Shown here: positions 9,326 to 18,104 of the stretch, piece by piece | Numbering within the stretch: the stretch's first letter is position 1 | Layout of the letters: each line of letters begins with the position of its first letter | Origin: a virus | DNA length: 49,266 nt | Virus record (IMG/VR): IMGVR_UViG_2710723508_000002 | Coordinates: 1-49,266 of that record | Reading direction: 5' to 3' (one strand) | Notes under the pieces: generated by a model | What the model was told of the DNA's origin: nothing | Databases searched by the model: none | What the model saw: the letters and a program-made list of their open reading frames with translations, nothing else | Position numbers and translations under genes: made by a program

Positions 9326-9775
9326 TTATTGCTTAATTATTCTAAATAACATCTCCTTCACTCGACCAAGCATCCAAGCTAACGCGTCGAACTCCATCTT
9401 TGGTTCCCCTGTGCGTGCTGAATGGATATTACCCAGAATAGAGAACAACTCCCCAAGAATGATGACCGATACAACTCCCTGGGCAAACTCTTGCATCTCA
9501 AACCCGAGAGCCTTACTAGTTATAGCTACTGAAAATAACCCAGCCCAAAGAAGTAGTTTCGCAGTAATTCCCTTTTTTAGAACGGCAGATTTAATATTAC
9601 GGCCACCTTCATTGAGCCAGACGCGAGCAATAGCAGTGACGATATCTATGATCATAAGTGCCCCAAGCACTGCCAGCATCTCCGGCTTAAACCCGAGATA
9701 CTCAATACTAGACACGAAAGCCAACACGTATGCCGAGTTTTTTAGAAAAGTTGTTGTGAGGATGGTTTCGTGCAT
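9326..9775 (-). CDS. Holin-family membrane protein (Phage_holin_4-like).
   Basis: ATG at 9775; the track start at 9802 is a TTG. There are 3-4 hydrophobic helices, a DIVTAIARVW motif and ELFSILGNIHSARTGEP, which resembles the E..SI.EN....G.P holin signature. Confidence 0.6.
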   Translation of the reverse strand: MHETILTTTFLKNSAYVLAFVSSIEYLGFKPEMLAVLGALMIIDIVTAIARVWLNEGGRNIKSAVLKKGITAKLLLWAGLFSVAITSKALGFEMQEFAQGVVSVIILGELFSILGNIHSARTGEPKMEFDALAWMLGRVKEMLFRIIKQ

Positions 9776-9794
9776 ATTGTTTCTATTATAGTAA

Positions 9795-11555
9795 TTAATC
9801 AAATATTACAGCACCACTGTCTGTGGAAGCCGCAGCTGGCGCGTCTGTCTCTTCTGGACCGATGTAGTAGAAGGTTGAGGGTGAGGATTGGTTGTTGTAT
9901 TCGGTGGCAAGCCAGTCTAAACTTAATAATGAATTAACAACTTTTCCTTCATCGACATACCCATCCATTCTCTGTGTCGTCTCGTCACCACGAGAAAGCC
10001 AATTAAAAACACGAGTCGTTGTTACATGGGCAGCCGTACCGGACTTTGCTTCTGTTCCGTTGATGTAAACACGGGCTGTCGTACCGTCGTGCCGCCAATA
10101 AACAAACGCCCAAGAAGTAGATAAACGATTAGGAGCACTTGACCAACCAATATCTACTGAGAAGTTAGAGTACCCAAGTTCACCTGCTCCGATAGAGACA
10201 TAGCCATTGGCAGTACCTGAACCAACTCCTGTACCGTTATATGTAGAGAACGCTGTTTGCACACCAGTCACTGCGTCCAAACGAAGCCAAGCAGATACAG
10301 TGAACGCCGACGTTAAGGACCAACTACCGACTGCTATTTTACCGTTCTTACTTAGGTTAGATGCAGCACCACCCAGTTGACCAGTAGTATAAGTGATATT
10401 AGTGTCAGTACCATTTCTTCCGTTAGAAGTACTATCTGAAGAAGATGTATTCATATGCCACACCCCTTGGTATGCGCCCCACACCGCATTTCTTCCATAC
10501 GTATCAGTCACAGCATAACAAGAAGCGGCTGAGTTGCCATAGTAAACGTAAAATGTACTAGTGGAAGTAGTAGCTAGAGCGTCGGCCATGAAGTGGAGCT
10601 CCCCAGTATCAGTACTTGTGGCGTAGGCTACAAGCTCAAAAGCTGTTTCGGTGGTGTCGTCACTCTCTACTACACGGATATCACAGCCATCACCTTTGAC
10701 GTTGGTGTGAAAGCCCGCAGGGAGGTCAGCTAGGTTGAGGTATACAGGAAAAGACGTAATGGCTGTAGAAGTGCCTACTTTATTTGGATTGACTTCTACC
10801 TTTACTTTATAGTCCCAACTGGCGTTAAACCAAGGGTCTAAGTGAGAATATGCCCCTTTATCTCCAATCGCTTCAAAGTAAAAGTTGTCACTAGTGTTGG
10901 CAGGAAATTCAACATTAACTTTGTAGTAAATTACTCCATCAGTTGGTACGAGGTAGCCGACACTTTTAGTTTCCGCTATAAAGTTCTCAACGGACTTCCT
11001 GGCTTTTTTGTCTAGCTTGGTTACTTCTTTTGCTTTCTCTAAGACATCTCTAGGCTTCTGGTCTAGTGGCTGCCAAGCATTATAGACCTCAGTAGTTGTG
11101 CCTGTTTGTGTTTGGATTTCAGAACAAGTTGTCGTAGCTACGTTGTTCTTTTTTTTAGTTGAAGTAGCGATTACGTCAACACACTCAGTCCGTGTCTCAT
11201 AGGTAGGTACGTCTTGGGTGATTTCTGTCAGTACCGCGATATCAGATATCTTTTGCTTTGAATCACGAAAGTAGCCCATGAGTTCAACCTCTTGGTCTTT
11301 GCTGCTGTGGTTCTCTACTGCTACGTAGACTGTGGCGTGTGACAATCCGTCGGTGTAGGTGGATTTGTCAGTGTATATGATGAGGTCTTCTCCACTATTA
11401 TCATCAGTCCATGTGAATTCAATTGTTTGACCATTGACCGTAATAGGTTCTGGGAAGCCAGTTGCAGGGTTAATAGCACCAATATACAAGGTAGCCAGGA
11501 CCGTTCCCGCTATTCCTAAGGCAGTGATGTAAGTGGCAATAGTTTTATTTTTCAT
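9795..11555 (-). CDS. Membrane-anchored DUF2341 + LamG (concanavalin-like lectin) protein.
   Basis: N-terminal hydrophobic helix IATYITALGIAGTVLATLYIGAI. A DUF2341-like block is present (WDYKVKVEV..FPVYLNLADL..GCDIRVVESD..FYVYYGNSAAS). It is followed by a Laminin_G_3-like block (VWHMN..DSTSNGRNGT..FTVSAWLRL..RVYINGTE). The start could be the ATG at 11555 or the GTG at 11576. Confidence 0.7.
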   Translation of the reverse strand: MKNKTIATYITALGIAGTVLATLYIGAINPATGFPEPITVNGQTIEFTWTDDNSGEDLIIYTDKSTYTDGLSHATVYVAVENHSSKDQEVELMGYFRDSKQKISDIAVLTEITQDVPTYETRTECVDVIATSTKKKNNVATTTCSEIQTQTGTTTEVYNAWQPLDQKPRDVLEKAKEVTKLDKKARKSVENFIAETKSVGYLVPTDGVIYYKVNVEFPANTSDNFYFEAIGDKGAYSHLDPWFNASWDYKVKVEVNPNKVGTSTAITSFPVYLNLADLPAGFHTNVKGDGCDIRVVESDDTTETAFELVAYATSTDTGELHFMADALATTSTSTFYVYYGNSAASCYAVTDTYGRNAVWGAYQGVWHMNTSSSDSTSNGRNGTDTNITYTTGQLGGAASNLSKNGKIAVGSWSLTSAFTVSAWLRLDAVTGVQTAFSTYNGTGVGSGTANGYVSIGAGELGYSNFSVDIGWSSAPNRLSTSWAFVYWRHDGTTARVYINGTEAKSGTAAHVTTTRVFNWLSRGDETTQRMDGYVDEGKVVNSLLSLDWLATEYNNQSSPSTFYYIGPEETDAPAAASTDSGAVIFD

Positions 11556-11643
11556 ATCTTTGTCGATGCTCTTCACGCAAAGCCCAGACGAAGAACATTG
11601 CTATAGCGTATAAAACGATTAGTGTACCTATTACTGGTGTCAT
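11545..11643 (-). CDS. Possible 32-aa single-pass membrane micro-protein.
   Basis: Translates as MTPVIGTLIVLYAIAMFFVWALREEHRQRYEK. It fills the gap between two genes and is below the ORF-track length cutoff. Confidence 0.3.
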   Translation of the reverse strand: MTPVIGTLIVLYAIAMFFVWALREEHRQRYEK

Positions 11644-11652
11644 ATTTTTATA

Positions 11653-13875
11653 TTAATTATTTACTGTTACATCGACTGAACAAGATAGCTGCGCGGCAGT
11701 AAGGGGACCGATTTCTACGTAGCGCTGCTCAGAAACAGAAAAAGTATTATTAGTAGAAAGAGTATTGCGAGCTACAGTAGTGGTTGAGGTAAAGCCGTTC
11801 ATGCGGTTGGTGCCGTCAGTAAAGATAACGGCTCCAGTACCGCTTGGGTATATCCAACAATCAGCACTATTCCAGGCTTCAGCAGTGAAGGCTGTTCCTA
11901 GAGGTACTGTAGACGTCGCAGCGGTAGTTGTGGCTGTGCCTGGCCAGGTGAATGACTTATAAGTGTGTTGTTTGACAGTAGCGCCATTAAAGTTCCATGT
12001 ACCGAGTAGGGTAGTCACACCAGTGTTTAACATCTCCATGAATTTAGTACCCGTGTCTGAAAAGAGGGTTAGGATTTTACCAGAAGACGCTCCCCAGACA
12101 TCAAGCTTAGACTCTGGGGTGGTAGTGGAAATACCAACCCCTGTGGTGTTGATTGTAGCCATGGCTGCGCCATCAGCTGAAAAGCTTATTGAATTAGCAT
12201 TACCCGAAGTGGTCTTGTACATTCCTGTATTTGTATCTGCGGAGAAACCAAAAGAAGGGGATGATGCGGTACCTACACTACTTGATTGGAATGTACCAGT
12301 ACGGAACGTACCACTTGGCCAAGTAATTAAGTTCACACCAGTGCCTGATAGAAGATTGAGTGTATTTGACACACTCAAATCAAAGACAAAGTTTTCTGTT
12401 GAGGAGGCGTCAAAAGCTTCTAAGTATATTTGTTTGGCTGAGACAGAACCGTAAATCCTCGTACCATTTGTAGCAGTAGATGAACTAAACTGAATAAAAG
12501 GAAACGAACCGTCATACTCTATGTGTACACCTCCAGAATTACGACTAGATACAAATCCCTCTCCTAGACCTATTTCGCCTACTTCAGAATAAATTTGTGG
12601 ATAGGTACCTTCAAAATTAAACTGGATAGCATCTGAGGTACCTGCAGGGGCAACAAGCGAAAGTGCTGTGTTGGTGGCAGCATCTGAAATTGATGAATTT
12701 TGGAAATACATACCAGCATAATTTGGATCTTTAGAAAATGTAAGGCGATTGTTGACTGGATTTTGTAGAAGGATACTACCATCTGGGTTAATTTGAGATA
12801 AACTAGAGCTACTTGTTGTGCCTATCGTTAGCTTGGAAAGATGGTCTATCAAATAAGTTTCTCCAGTTGTGGTCGCAAAAAGACTAAGTGTGCCAGAACC
12901 TGCGGCTGCCTCAGCACAACTAAAAGTACCAGTATCTCCAATATCTTGTAGGAAGTTATTTCCTGTACAAGGGGTACCGAAGAAGGAAGTAAGAGTTGGG
13001 CTAGTGAGCACAGTACTTGAAGCAAATACAGCGGGACCAGTACCCACTTCGTCAGTCAATGCACTGCGTAGGTTGGCGCTTGAGGGTGTACCGAGCCAGG
13101 TAGCAATACCAGAAGCAAAGCCTGAGATGTCGGTGGCGACATCTATAGCCCCGCGGACAATGTCTTGGCCGACTAAAGTAATGTAGTCCAGCGCTCCAGA
13201 AAGAGTAACGGCATCGTGGCGCGCAGCAGTATTAGACGCTACATCGGTGTTGTTAGATACCTCAGTGTCAAAATCAGAAATAGTAGAGGCGGCTTGTGTG
13301 CCAGTATGGTTGGCGCGGTCTAGGTAGTAAGTACCCTGTTGACCATCAAAGGTACCAGTCCAGTCACCAGTGGTGGTTGAAAGGTACCCAGCTGAGGCAT
13401 GATTACCCCATCCAAAAGCCGTATTCCAGTTTGTGAAGTCCGTGGTGGTTGGGATTGCATAGCCAGAAGACAAAGAAAGGATAGCCGAACCGCCTACAAG
13501 CCCTCTAGTGGCACTTAGTTCTAGCCCCGTAGCGTTTGTAGTGAGTGAGCCGGTAGCGACGCTCCCAAGGGCATTTTCACTCGTCCAGTACGACAAATGA
13601 CCCCCGGTTGGGGTTGTAGATGTACCTATCGTACCACCAGTCGATTCTGCCCACTGTGGCACTCCACCGACGATTGTAAGCACCTCTCCAGTATCACCGG
13701 GTGTGAGACATGTAAAAGGACTAGTGCCGTTGCCCCGGAGAAGACCTCCGACAACGCAAGAAGCTACTCCAGTTCCTCCTTGCGGGACGATCAAAGTCGC
13801 AGCAAGGACGATACTAGGCAAGATGAGAATTGTGAGTATCGCCCCTAAAATATTGTTTTTTAGGAAGCTAAGCAT
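11653..13875 (-). CDS. Fibre-like S/T/G-rich protein with an N-terminal signal/anchor and a GGTG fibre motif.
   Basis: 740 aa. The N-terminus ILGAILTILILPSIVLAATLIVPQGGTGVAS combines a hydrophobic helix with the xxGGTGxxS motif common at the N-termini of phage side-tail fibres. Confidence 0.65.
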   Translation of the reverse strand: MLSFLKNNILGAILTILILPSIVLAATLIVPQGGTGVASCVVGGLLRGNGTSPFTCLTPGDTGEVLTIVGGVPQWAESTGGTIGTSTTPTGGHLSYWTSENALGSVATGSLTTNATGLELSATRGLVGGSAILSLSSGYAIPTTTDFTNWNTAFGWGNHASAGYLSTTTGDWTGTFDGQQGTYYLDRANHTGTQAASTISDFDTEVSNNTDVASNTAARHDAVTLSGALDYITLVGQDIVRGAIDVATDISGFASGIATWLGTPSSANLRSALTDEVGTGPAVFASSTVLTSPTLTSFFGTPCTGNNFLQDIGDTGTFSCAEAAAGSGTLSLFATTTGETYLIDHLSKLTIGTTSSSSLSQINPDGSILLQNPVNNRLTFSKDPNYAGMYFQNSSISDAATNTALSLVAPAGTSDAIQFNFEGTYPQIYSEVGEIGLGEGFVSSRNSGGVHIEYDGSFPFIQFSSSTATNGTRIYGSVSAKQIYLEAFDASSTENFVFDLSVSNTLNLLSGTGVNLITWPSGTFRTGTFQSSSVGTASSPSFGFSADTNTGMYKTTSGNANSISFSADGAAMATINTTGVGISTTTPESKLDVWGASSGKILTLFSDTGTKFMEMLNTGVTTLLGTWNFNGATVKQHTYKSFTWPGTATTTAATSTVPLGTAFTAEAWNSADCWIYPSGTGAVIFTDGTNRMNGFTSTTTVARNTLSTNNTFSVSEQRYVEIGPLTAAQLSCSVDVTVNN

Positions 13876-13879
13876 ATTT

Positions 13880-14173
13880 TTAGAAAAAGTAAGTGTAAGT
13901 AACTCCTTCCCCGTTTGTAACAGAGTCGATGTAGATATCCTTGAGGTCTACGTCACACATTTCAATTGTCTGTTCTGTAGTAGCATCGACATCGAGTGGG
14001 ATACCTACTCGTGTGGCAAGCGCGCCTACTACGTCAGCACCACCTACAGTAACTGGGTTTGTGTTGTCTGTTTCAGCAGCAATAATGATTCTAGCAACAT
14101 GTAGGTTAGTATCAGATAATGCTACCCGAGTACCGGCAGTGGTCACTACTTTGCGTCCTGAGCGAATATTCAT
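13880..14173 (-). CDS. Small beta-rich structural-module protein, paralog of 14790-15095.
   Basis: 97 aa. It shares ..AGT..ALS.., ENT/DNT..V.VGG..VV.A.ATR.GI.. and the C-terminal IY.D.V..GEGV....F with the 101-aa ORF. Confidence 0.7.
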   Translation of the reverse strand: MNIRSGRKVVTTAGTRVALSDTNLHVARIIIAAETDNTNPVTVGGADVVGALATRVGIPLDVDATTEQTIEMCDVDLKDIYIDSVTNGEGVTYTYFF

Positions 14174-14236
14174 AGTAAAATGTGTTATGTGATAAGCCCC
14201 TATTCCTGTCCCCCGGATAAGGGACAGAGTAGAGGT

Positions 14237-14785
14237 TTAGTCTGCAGCAGCTAGTTCAGAGACGCTACAAGCAATATTTGTGTCGTATTTTCTCCAACAA
14301 CTGAGGCGTGATTTTTCAACTCCATCAATCACGTCATCGTTAGCAGTGACTGCAATCAAGTCGATACCTGTACCGGCGACAACTGTAGTAGTAGTTGCGG
14401 CCGCGTGTTGGTTGTCAATAATCCATTCTCGAAAGTCTCCAGCGGCTGGGATAATAGCCGTCCAGGTCGAGGTGGCTGGCAGTGTAAGTGTCAAAGCGGG
14501 TGAACTAGTACTTACAATGTCAATGACGTTGTAAGCTGCCATTTCTGCCGCTGTAAGCGTACGGGCTGCTTGTGTGGTTGTAGCCTCAAAGCGCAAGATT
14601 CCTCCACCTTGAGTGAATTCCTCTACGTTCAGAGAAGTGTCTTTGGTGATAATGAGTTCTGTTCCGTCCTTTGTGAAGGTCGGCACAGATTGACTCTCGA
14701 CGTTCATAAACCCGTAGCCGAGAGTAAGCGCGATAGCACCTACAGAGAAGATGGTAGCCGCTTGTAATTTTGCTGAGTTTATCAT
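14237..14785 (-). CDS. Membrane-anchored protein of unknown function.
   Basis: ATG at 14785, 4 nt after the upstream stop; the track start at 14815 is a GTG. N-terminal helix ATIFSVGAIALTLGYGFMNV. Confidence 0.6.
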   Translation of the reverse strand: MINSAKLQAATIFSVGAIALTLGYGFMNVESQSVPTFTKDGTELIITKDTSLNVEEFTQGGGILRFEATTTQAARTLTAAEMAAYNVIDIVSTSSPALTLTLPATSTWTAIIPAAGDFREWIIDNQHAAATTTTVVAGTGIDLIAVTANDDVIDGVEKSRLSCWRKYDTNIACSVSELAAAD

Positions 14786-14789
14786 AGCT

Positions 14790-15095
14790 TTATTTGAAAT
14801 AAACGAATGACACACCCTCTCCAGTAACCACTGCGTCGACGTAAATCTTGTTTACATCAGTCACTCGAAGTAGTACTGAACCTCCTGGAACGATTGCGAT
14901 ACCTCTGCGTGTTGCAGCCGCAGCTACCACAGTAGAAGCACCAACCACCACTTGGTCAGTGTTCTCTGGACGAGCGTTGATAAGCACTGCACGACAAGGT
15001 ACAGAAGTAGCAGATAGTGCCTCAGCCGTTCCAGCCGCTGCCACCAACTGTAGTCCGTCCCCAATTTCATTGTATGAATAGTCTTGATCTCCCAT
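14790..15095 (-). CDS. Small beta-rich structural-module protein, paralog of 13880-14173.
   Basis: 101 aa. See the paralog entry at 13880-14173. It lies immediately downstream of the capsid gene. Confidence 0.7.
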   Translation of the reverse strand: MGDQDYSYNEIGDGLQLVAAAGTAEALSATSVPCRAVLINARPENTDQVVVGASTVVAAAATRRGIAIVPGGSVLLRVTDVNKIYVDAVVTGEGVSFVYFK

Positions 15096-15140
15096 ACTTA
15101 GTTGAATTAAATGTATAAGACAAGGTTTGACACCCTGACT

Positions 15141-15170
15141 CCAGCCCCAAAACTCACATAAAGGGGCTGG
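15141..15170 (-). other. 8-bp GC-rich stem-loop directly after the major capsid gene.
   Basis: CCAGCCCC..14 nt..GGGGCTGG. There is no clear U-tract, so this is more likely an RNA-stabilising or attenuating hairpin than a strong terminator. Confidence 0.5.
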
Positions 15171-15183
15171 GTCAAAGTACGAC

Positions 15184-16191
15184 TTAAGAAGTCGCCTTTG
15201 AGACGAGGATACCCTTTCCGGATACCGCCGCGATTCCGTAACATGCTCGCGCAGTGTAACTAAGAATCCACGCGTCTTGGTCTACTTCTGGAGTCGCTAC
15301 CATTGGAGACATCCAAGATACGTAGTACGCCTGGAATCGTTCTTCTGGCATACCGTTGAGGGAAGCCAACATCCAGTAGTATGAGTAAGTTGAATTGGTC
15401 TTTCCGTTTGAATCAACGTCGAAACGAATTTGGAGGTGAGTGTACTTATCCTTGTACGTGTTAATCACACCTGGGTTTTGGTTCGCTGTACCACCAATTG
15501 ATTCTGGACTTGGTGAACCAAAGAGACGCTTCACACGGTTGACCATAATAGCCTTTCGAGTTGTGATGAGTGTGTCTGGAGTCATCTCGATGTTCTGGCC
15601 ATAGTTGTCATACACGTTGTACTCAAAGTAGTCTTCTGCGTTCTCCATCGCCACGTTAGTGAGCGTTGGGTTACCTGAGAGGATGTTTGAGTAAGTTGTG
15701 GTTGAGTGCTTCAAAGTGTGGGCAGTGTCGAATACAGACTTTCCGTCTCCAACTGTGAGGTCTACTAGGAATCCACCGTTGTCTGTGTACGATACTCCGG
15801 CAGTCGCATAACCAAGATAGTTACGCATGTCGAGCTCAATCTTGTCTACCACGTCCTTCTTGGTTTGAATTGAGTACTCTGCAAGCTTGTGAGCTGTAAG
15901 AGCCTGATACGCTTCACCGGATACTACACGAGTGATCGAAATAGTCTTTCGTTCAACATCCTTGTAATATCCTTGCGCGACACCACGTTGCGCTGACTTT
16001 TGGCCTTCAACCTTCTGTTCTGCAAATCGCTCACGGTCGAATTCATGAACACGCTTTGAAGAACTTTCCCAACTACCAGTTTCCTTGATGAAAACTCGGC
16101 GTACGGCTTCGTTCTTTTGGTGCACCTCAGTCTTAAAAGACTTCTTGATGAGGTCTTGGATGGCTGGGATGGACATTGTGCTGACTAACAT
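15184..16191 (-). CDS. Major capsid protein (putative).
   Basis: 335-aa ORF downstream of the portal, scaffold and decoration-like genes. It is preceded by a terminator-plus-promoter-like region and followed by a strong hairpin. The call rests on size and position only. Confidence 0.6.
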   Translation of the reverse strand: MLVSTMSIPAIQDLIKKSFKTEVHQKNEAVRRVFIKETGSWESSSKRVHEFDRERFAEQKVEGQKSAQRGVAQGYYKDVERKTISITRVVSGEAYQALTAHKLAEYSIQTKKDVVDKIELDMRNYLGYATAGVSYTDNGGFLVDLTVGDGKSVFDTAHTLKHSTTTYSNILSGNPTLTNVAMENAEDYFEYNVYDNYGQNIEMTPDTLITTRKAIMVNRVKRLFGSPSPESIGGTANQNPGVINTYKDKYTHLQIRFDVDSNGKTNSTYSYYWMLASLNGMPEERFQAYYVSWMSPMVATPEVDQDAWILSYTARACYGIAAVSGKGILVSKATS

Positions 16192-16224
16192 ATTGTTGTT
16201 TTAAGCGTTAAAAGTGGCTAATAC

Positions 16225-16641
16225 CTAACTTGCTAGGTCAGAAGTTTGGAATCTACCCACGACCTTAGTGGTAGAAATAATTTTTGTGATACGGAAACAC
16301 TTGATGGTTTGCGCGTTTACGTCAAGCTCGTTTTCATCCTTGAGGTCATATACCCCACCCACCATTGACTGTACGGCTGACCCTGTCCCTACGTCTGCAA
16401 GGAATTCTTCTGGGTTTTGGTCTAGAACAAGCACTGGTACGGCGGTTTCTGACGCGTAATCAGCATCTGTTGAGAGGACAGTTCGTTGAATAAGTCCGAG
16501 AATTGCAGTTCTAGCAGTTGAAGCAGTTGCCTTTACAAGCAAACCTGAACTCACCGTTACGACATCACCGAAAGCAAAGGCGGTAGAAGCGGTCTTCTTG
16601 TATGCCTCAATTTTAGGCATACCTGAATGTTGCTGTATCAT
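16225..16641 (-). CDS. Head decoration-like / small capsid-associated protein (putative).
   Basis: I take the start as the ATG at 16641 (MIQQHSGMPKIE..), preceded by tttcacaat. The longer track ORF, which runs to 16686, would read through a terminator hairpin. Confidence 0.55.
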   Translation of the reverse strand: MIQQHSGMPKIEAYKKTASTAFAFGDVVTVSSGLLVKATASTARTAILGLIQRTVLSTDADYASETAVPVLVLDQNPEEFLADVGTGSAVQSMVGGVYDLKDENELDVNAQTIKCFRITKIISTTKVVGRFQTSDLAS

Positions 16642-16664
16642 ATTGTGAAATATAAAAGTAAATA

Positions 16665-16695
16665 AAAAACCCGTGCGATAAAGCACGGGTTTTTG
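16665..16695. terminator. Rho-independent terminator, bidirectional in appearance.
   Basis: AAAAAA-CCCGTGC-gataaa-GCACGGG-TTTTT. Confidence 0.8.
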
Positions 16696-16702
16696 TATAG
16701 CA

Positions 16703-16725
16703 AAAAGTAGCGCTTTACCGCTACC
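16703..16725 (-). terminator. Second, upstream rho-independent terminator on the minus strand.
   Basis: The minus strand reads GTAGCG-gtaaag-CGCTAC followed by TTTTT. Confidence 0.65.
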
Positions 16726-16867
16726 TCTGCTTTTTGGTTGGTCGGAAGCAAGCCGACATGTAGGTTACCCTACGTTGAGGTGAGACTTATGGAGTCGTCT
16801 CAAACTCGCTGATTGTCCCTTCATTGTACTGCCTGTTTGACAACTAGGCAAACGTGAGGGCTGTGGA

Positions 16868-17389
16868 TTACCGCCTTGCTACCTCTTCGTAGTATGCCGC
16901 AAGTGATGCCACTGGGAGGTTGTCTCCGAACTTATCACCAGCAATTGTAGCAATGGCTGTAGCACACATGTTGTTCATGCGTGTGCCAGCTGCTTCAATC
17001 GTGGCACCAATTGTACTAGCAAAGTTCTTAATGAGTACGTCGATTTCTCGGTACTCAATGCCGTTTGCGGCGCACATCTCTGCGATTTCAACCTCCAATT
17101 GTTCGTTCTGCTCTTTTATCTCGCTCTTCTTAGTCTCCCCTACGTAGTCTGGGATGTACTGATACTTCTGAATAATCTGCAGAATAAGTGGGATGATGAC
17201 CATTGCGCGCTGATCGTGGAAATACTGATAGCGATGGTCTTGGTACGCACCTTCACTGAGGAACTCGTACCCCATACGCTTACAGTAAGAATCCAATACT
17301 GAGTTGGCCACCTTTGGGTGGAAGTTGAAACGCTTGAGGATATCAAGGATTTCAAGCTGGCGTGATGCCGGTTTTGTTTGTTCTGACAT
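16868..17389 (-). CDS. Hypothetical head-module protein.
   Basis: 173-aa ORF with ATG start, 3 nt from the upstream stop. Confidence 0.65.
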   Translation of the reverse strand: MSEQTKPASRQLEILDILKRFNFHPKVANSVLDSYCKRMGYEFLSEGAYQDHRYQYFHDQRAMVIIPLILQIIQKYQYIPDYVGETKKSEIKEQNEQLEVEIAEMCAANGIEYREIDVLIKNFASTIGATIEAAGTRMNNMCATAIATIAGDKFGDNLPVASLAAYYEEVARR

Positions 17390-17392
17390 AGA

Positions 17393-18091
17393 TTATGCGT
17401 TAGCCATCTTACCTTCTAATTCAACTGTAGTGCCGTCAGGCAGCTTCACAGTGTAGAAATACTGCACTGTCTTTAACTCTTTCATCACGAGCTTGCCTGT
17501 TTCGCGTGAAATAACCTCCCCTTCTTCGATAACCCCTTCAACGGTTCGAGTACTGATTACCTCTACTTTTACCCGGTCAGACTGCATGAACTCAGTGTAA
17601 TTCATGTCTACATACTCCGTTGCTCCGTTCAAAAGCACTGAAATAACGTGCGCTTCTACCTCTGCACCTGTCTCTGCGTGGTACTCAAGCGCCATACGAG
17701 CACGCTTAATGTCCACTACATAGCGTGGTTCGTCTTGGATATTCACTCGGCGAATCTCAATCTGGATATTGCCACGCTTTTGCTGCACGCGGTCTGGGGT
17801 AACACTCAACATTGATTTCAACATTGAGAGCTGTTCGGTACTAAGGTTCGCTAGGTCAATCATCATAGGTGTGTTATGCACTGGCTTGTCTGTATTATCT
17901 ACAGTTGCAGTCACACTTTCCTTCTCTAGGCGACTAGCAATGTTGTTCACTACTGGTGCGGCTGGTGCTGGCTTAGCTACCTCATCATTCATTTGTTCTG
18001 GAGCTGGTGGTGGTACAGTCTGTTGTTCTGCTGGGTTGATTGGTGGTACTGGTGCGTTTCCCTTGTCTTCCTCTGTGTTAGTTGGTTGCAT
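17393..18091 (-). CDS. Hypothetical head-module protein with a P/A-rich N-terminus.
   Basis: 232-aa ORF, tightly packed. Confidence 0.65.
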   Translation of the reverse strand: MQPTNTEEDKGNAPVPPINPAEQQTVPPPAPEQMNDEVAKPAPAAPVVNNIASRLEKESVTATVDNTDKPVHNTPMMIDLANLSTEQLSMLKSMLSVTPDRVQQKRGNIQIEIRRVNIQDEPRYVVDIKRARMALEYHAETGAEVEAHVISVLLNGATEYVDMNYTEFMQSDRVKVEVISTRTVEGVIEEGEVISRETGKLVMKELKTVQYFYTVKLPDGTTVELEGKMANA

Positions 18092-18104
18092 AATGTGAGT
18101 TTAA

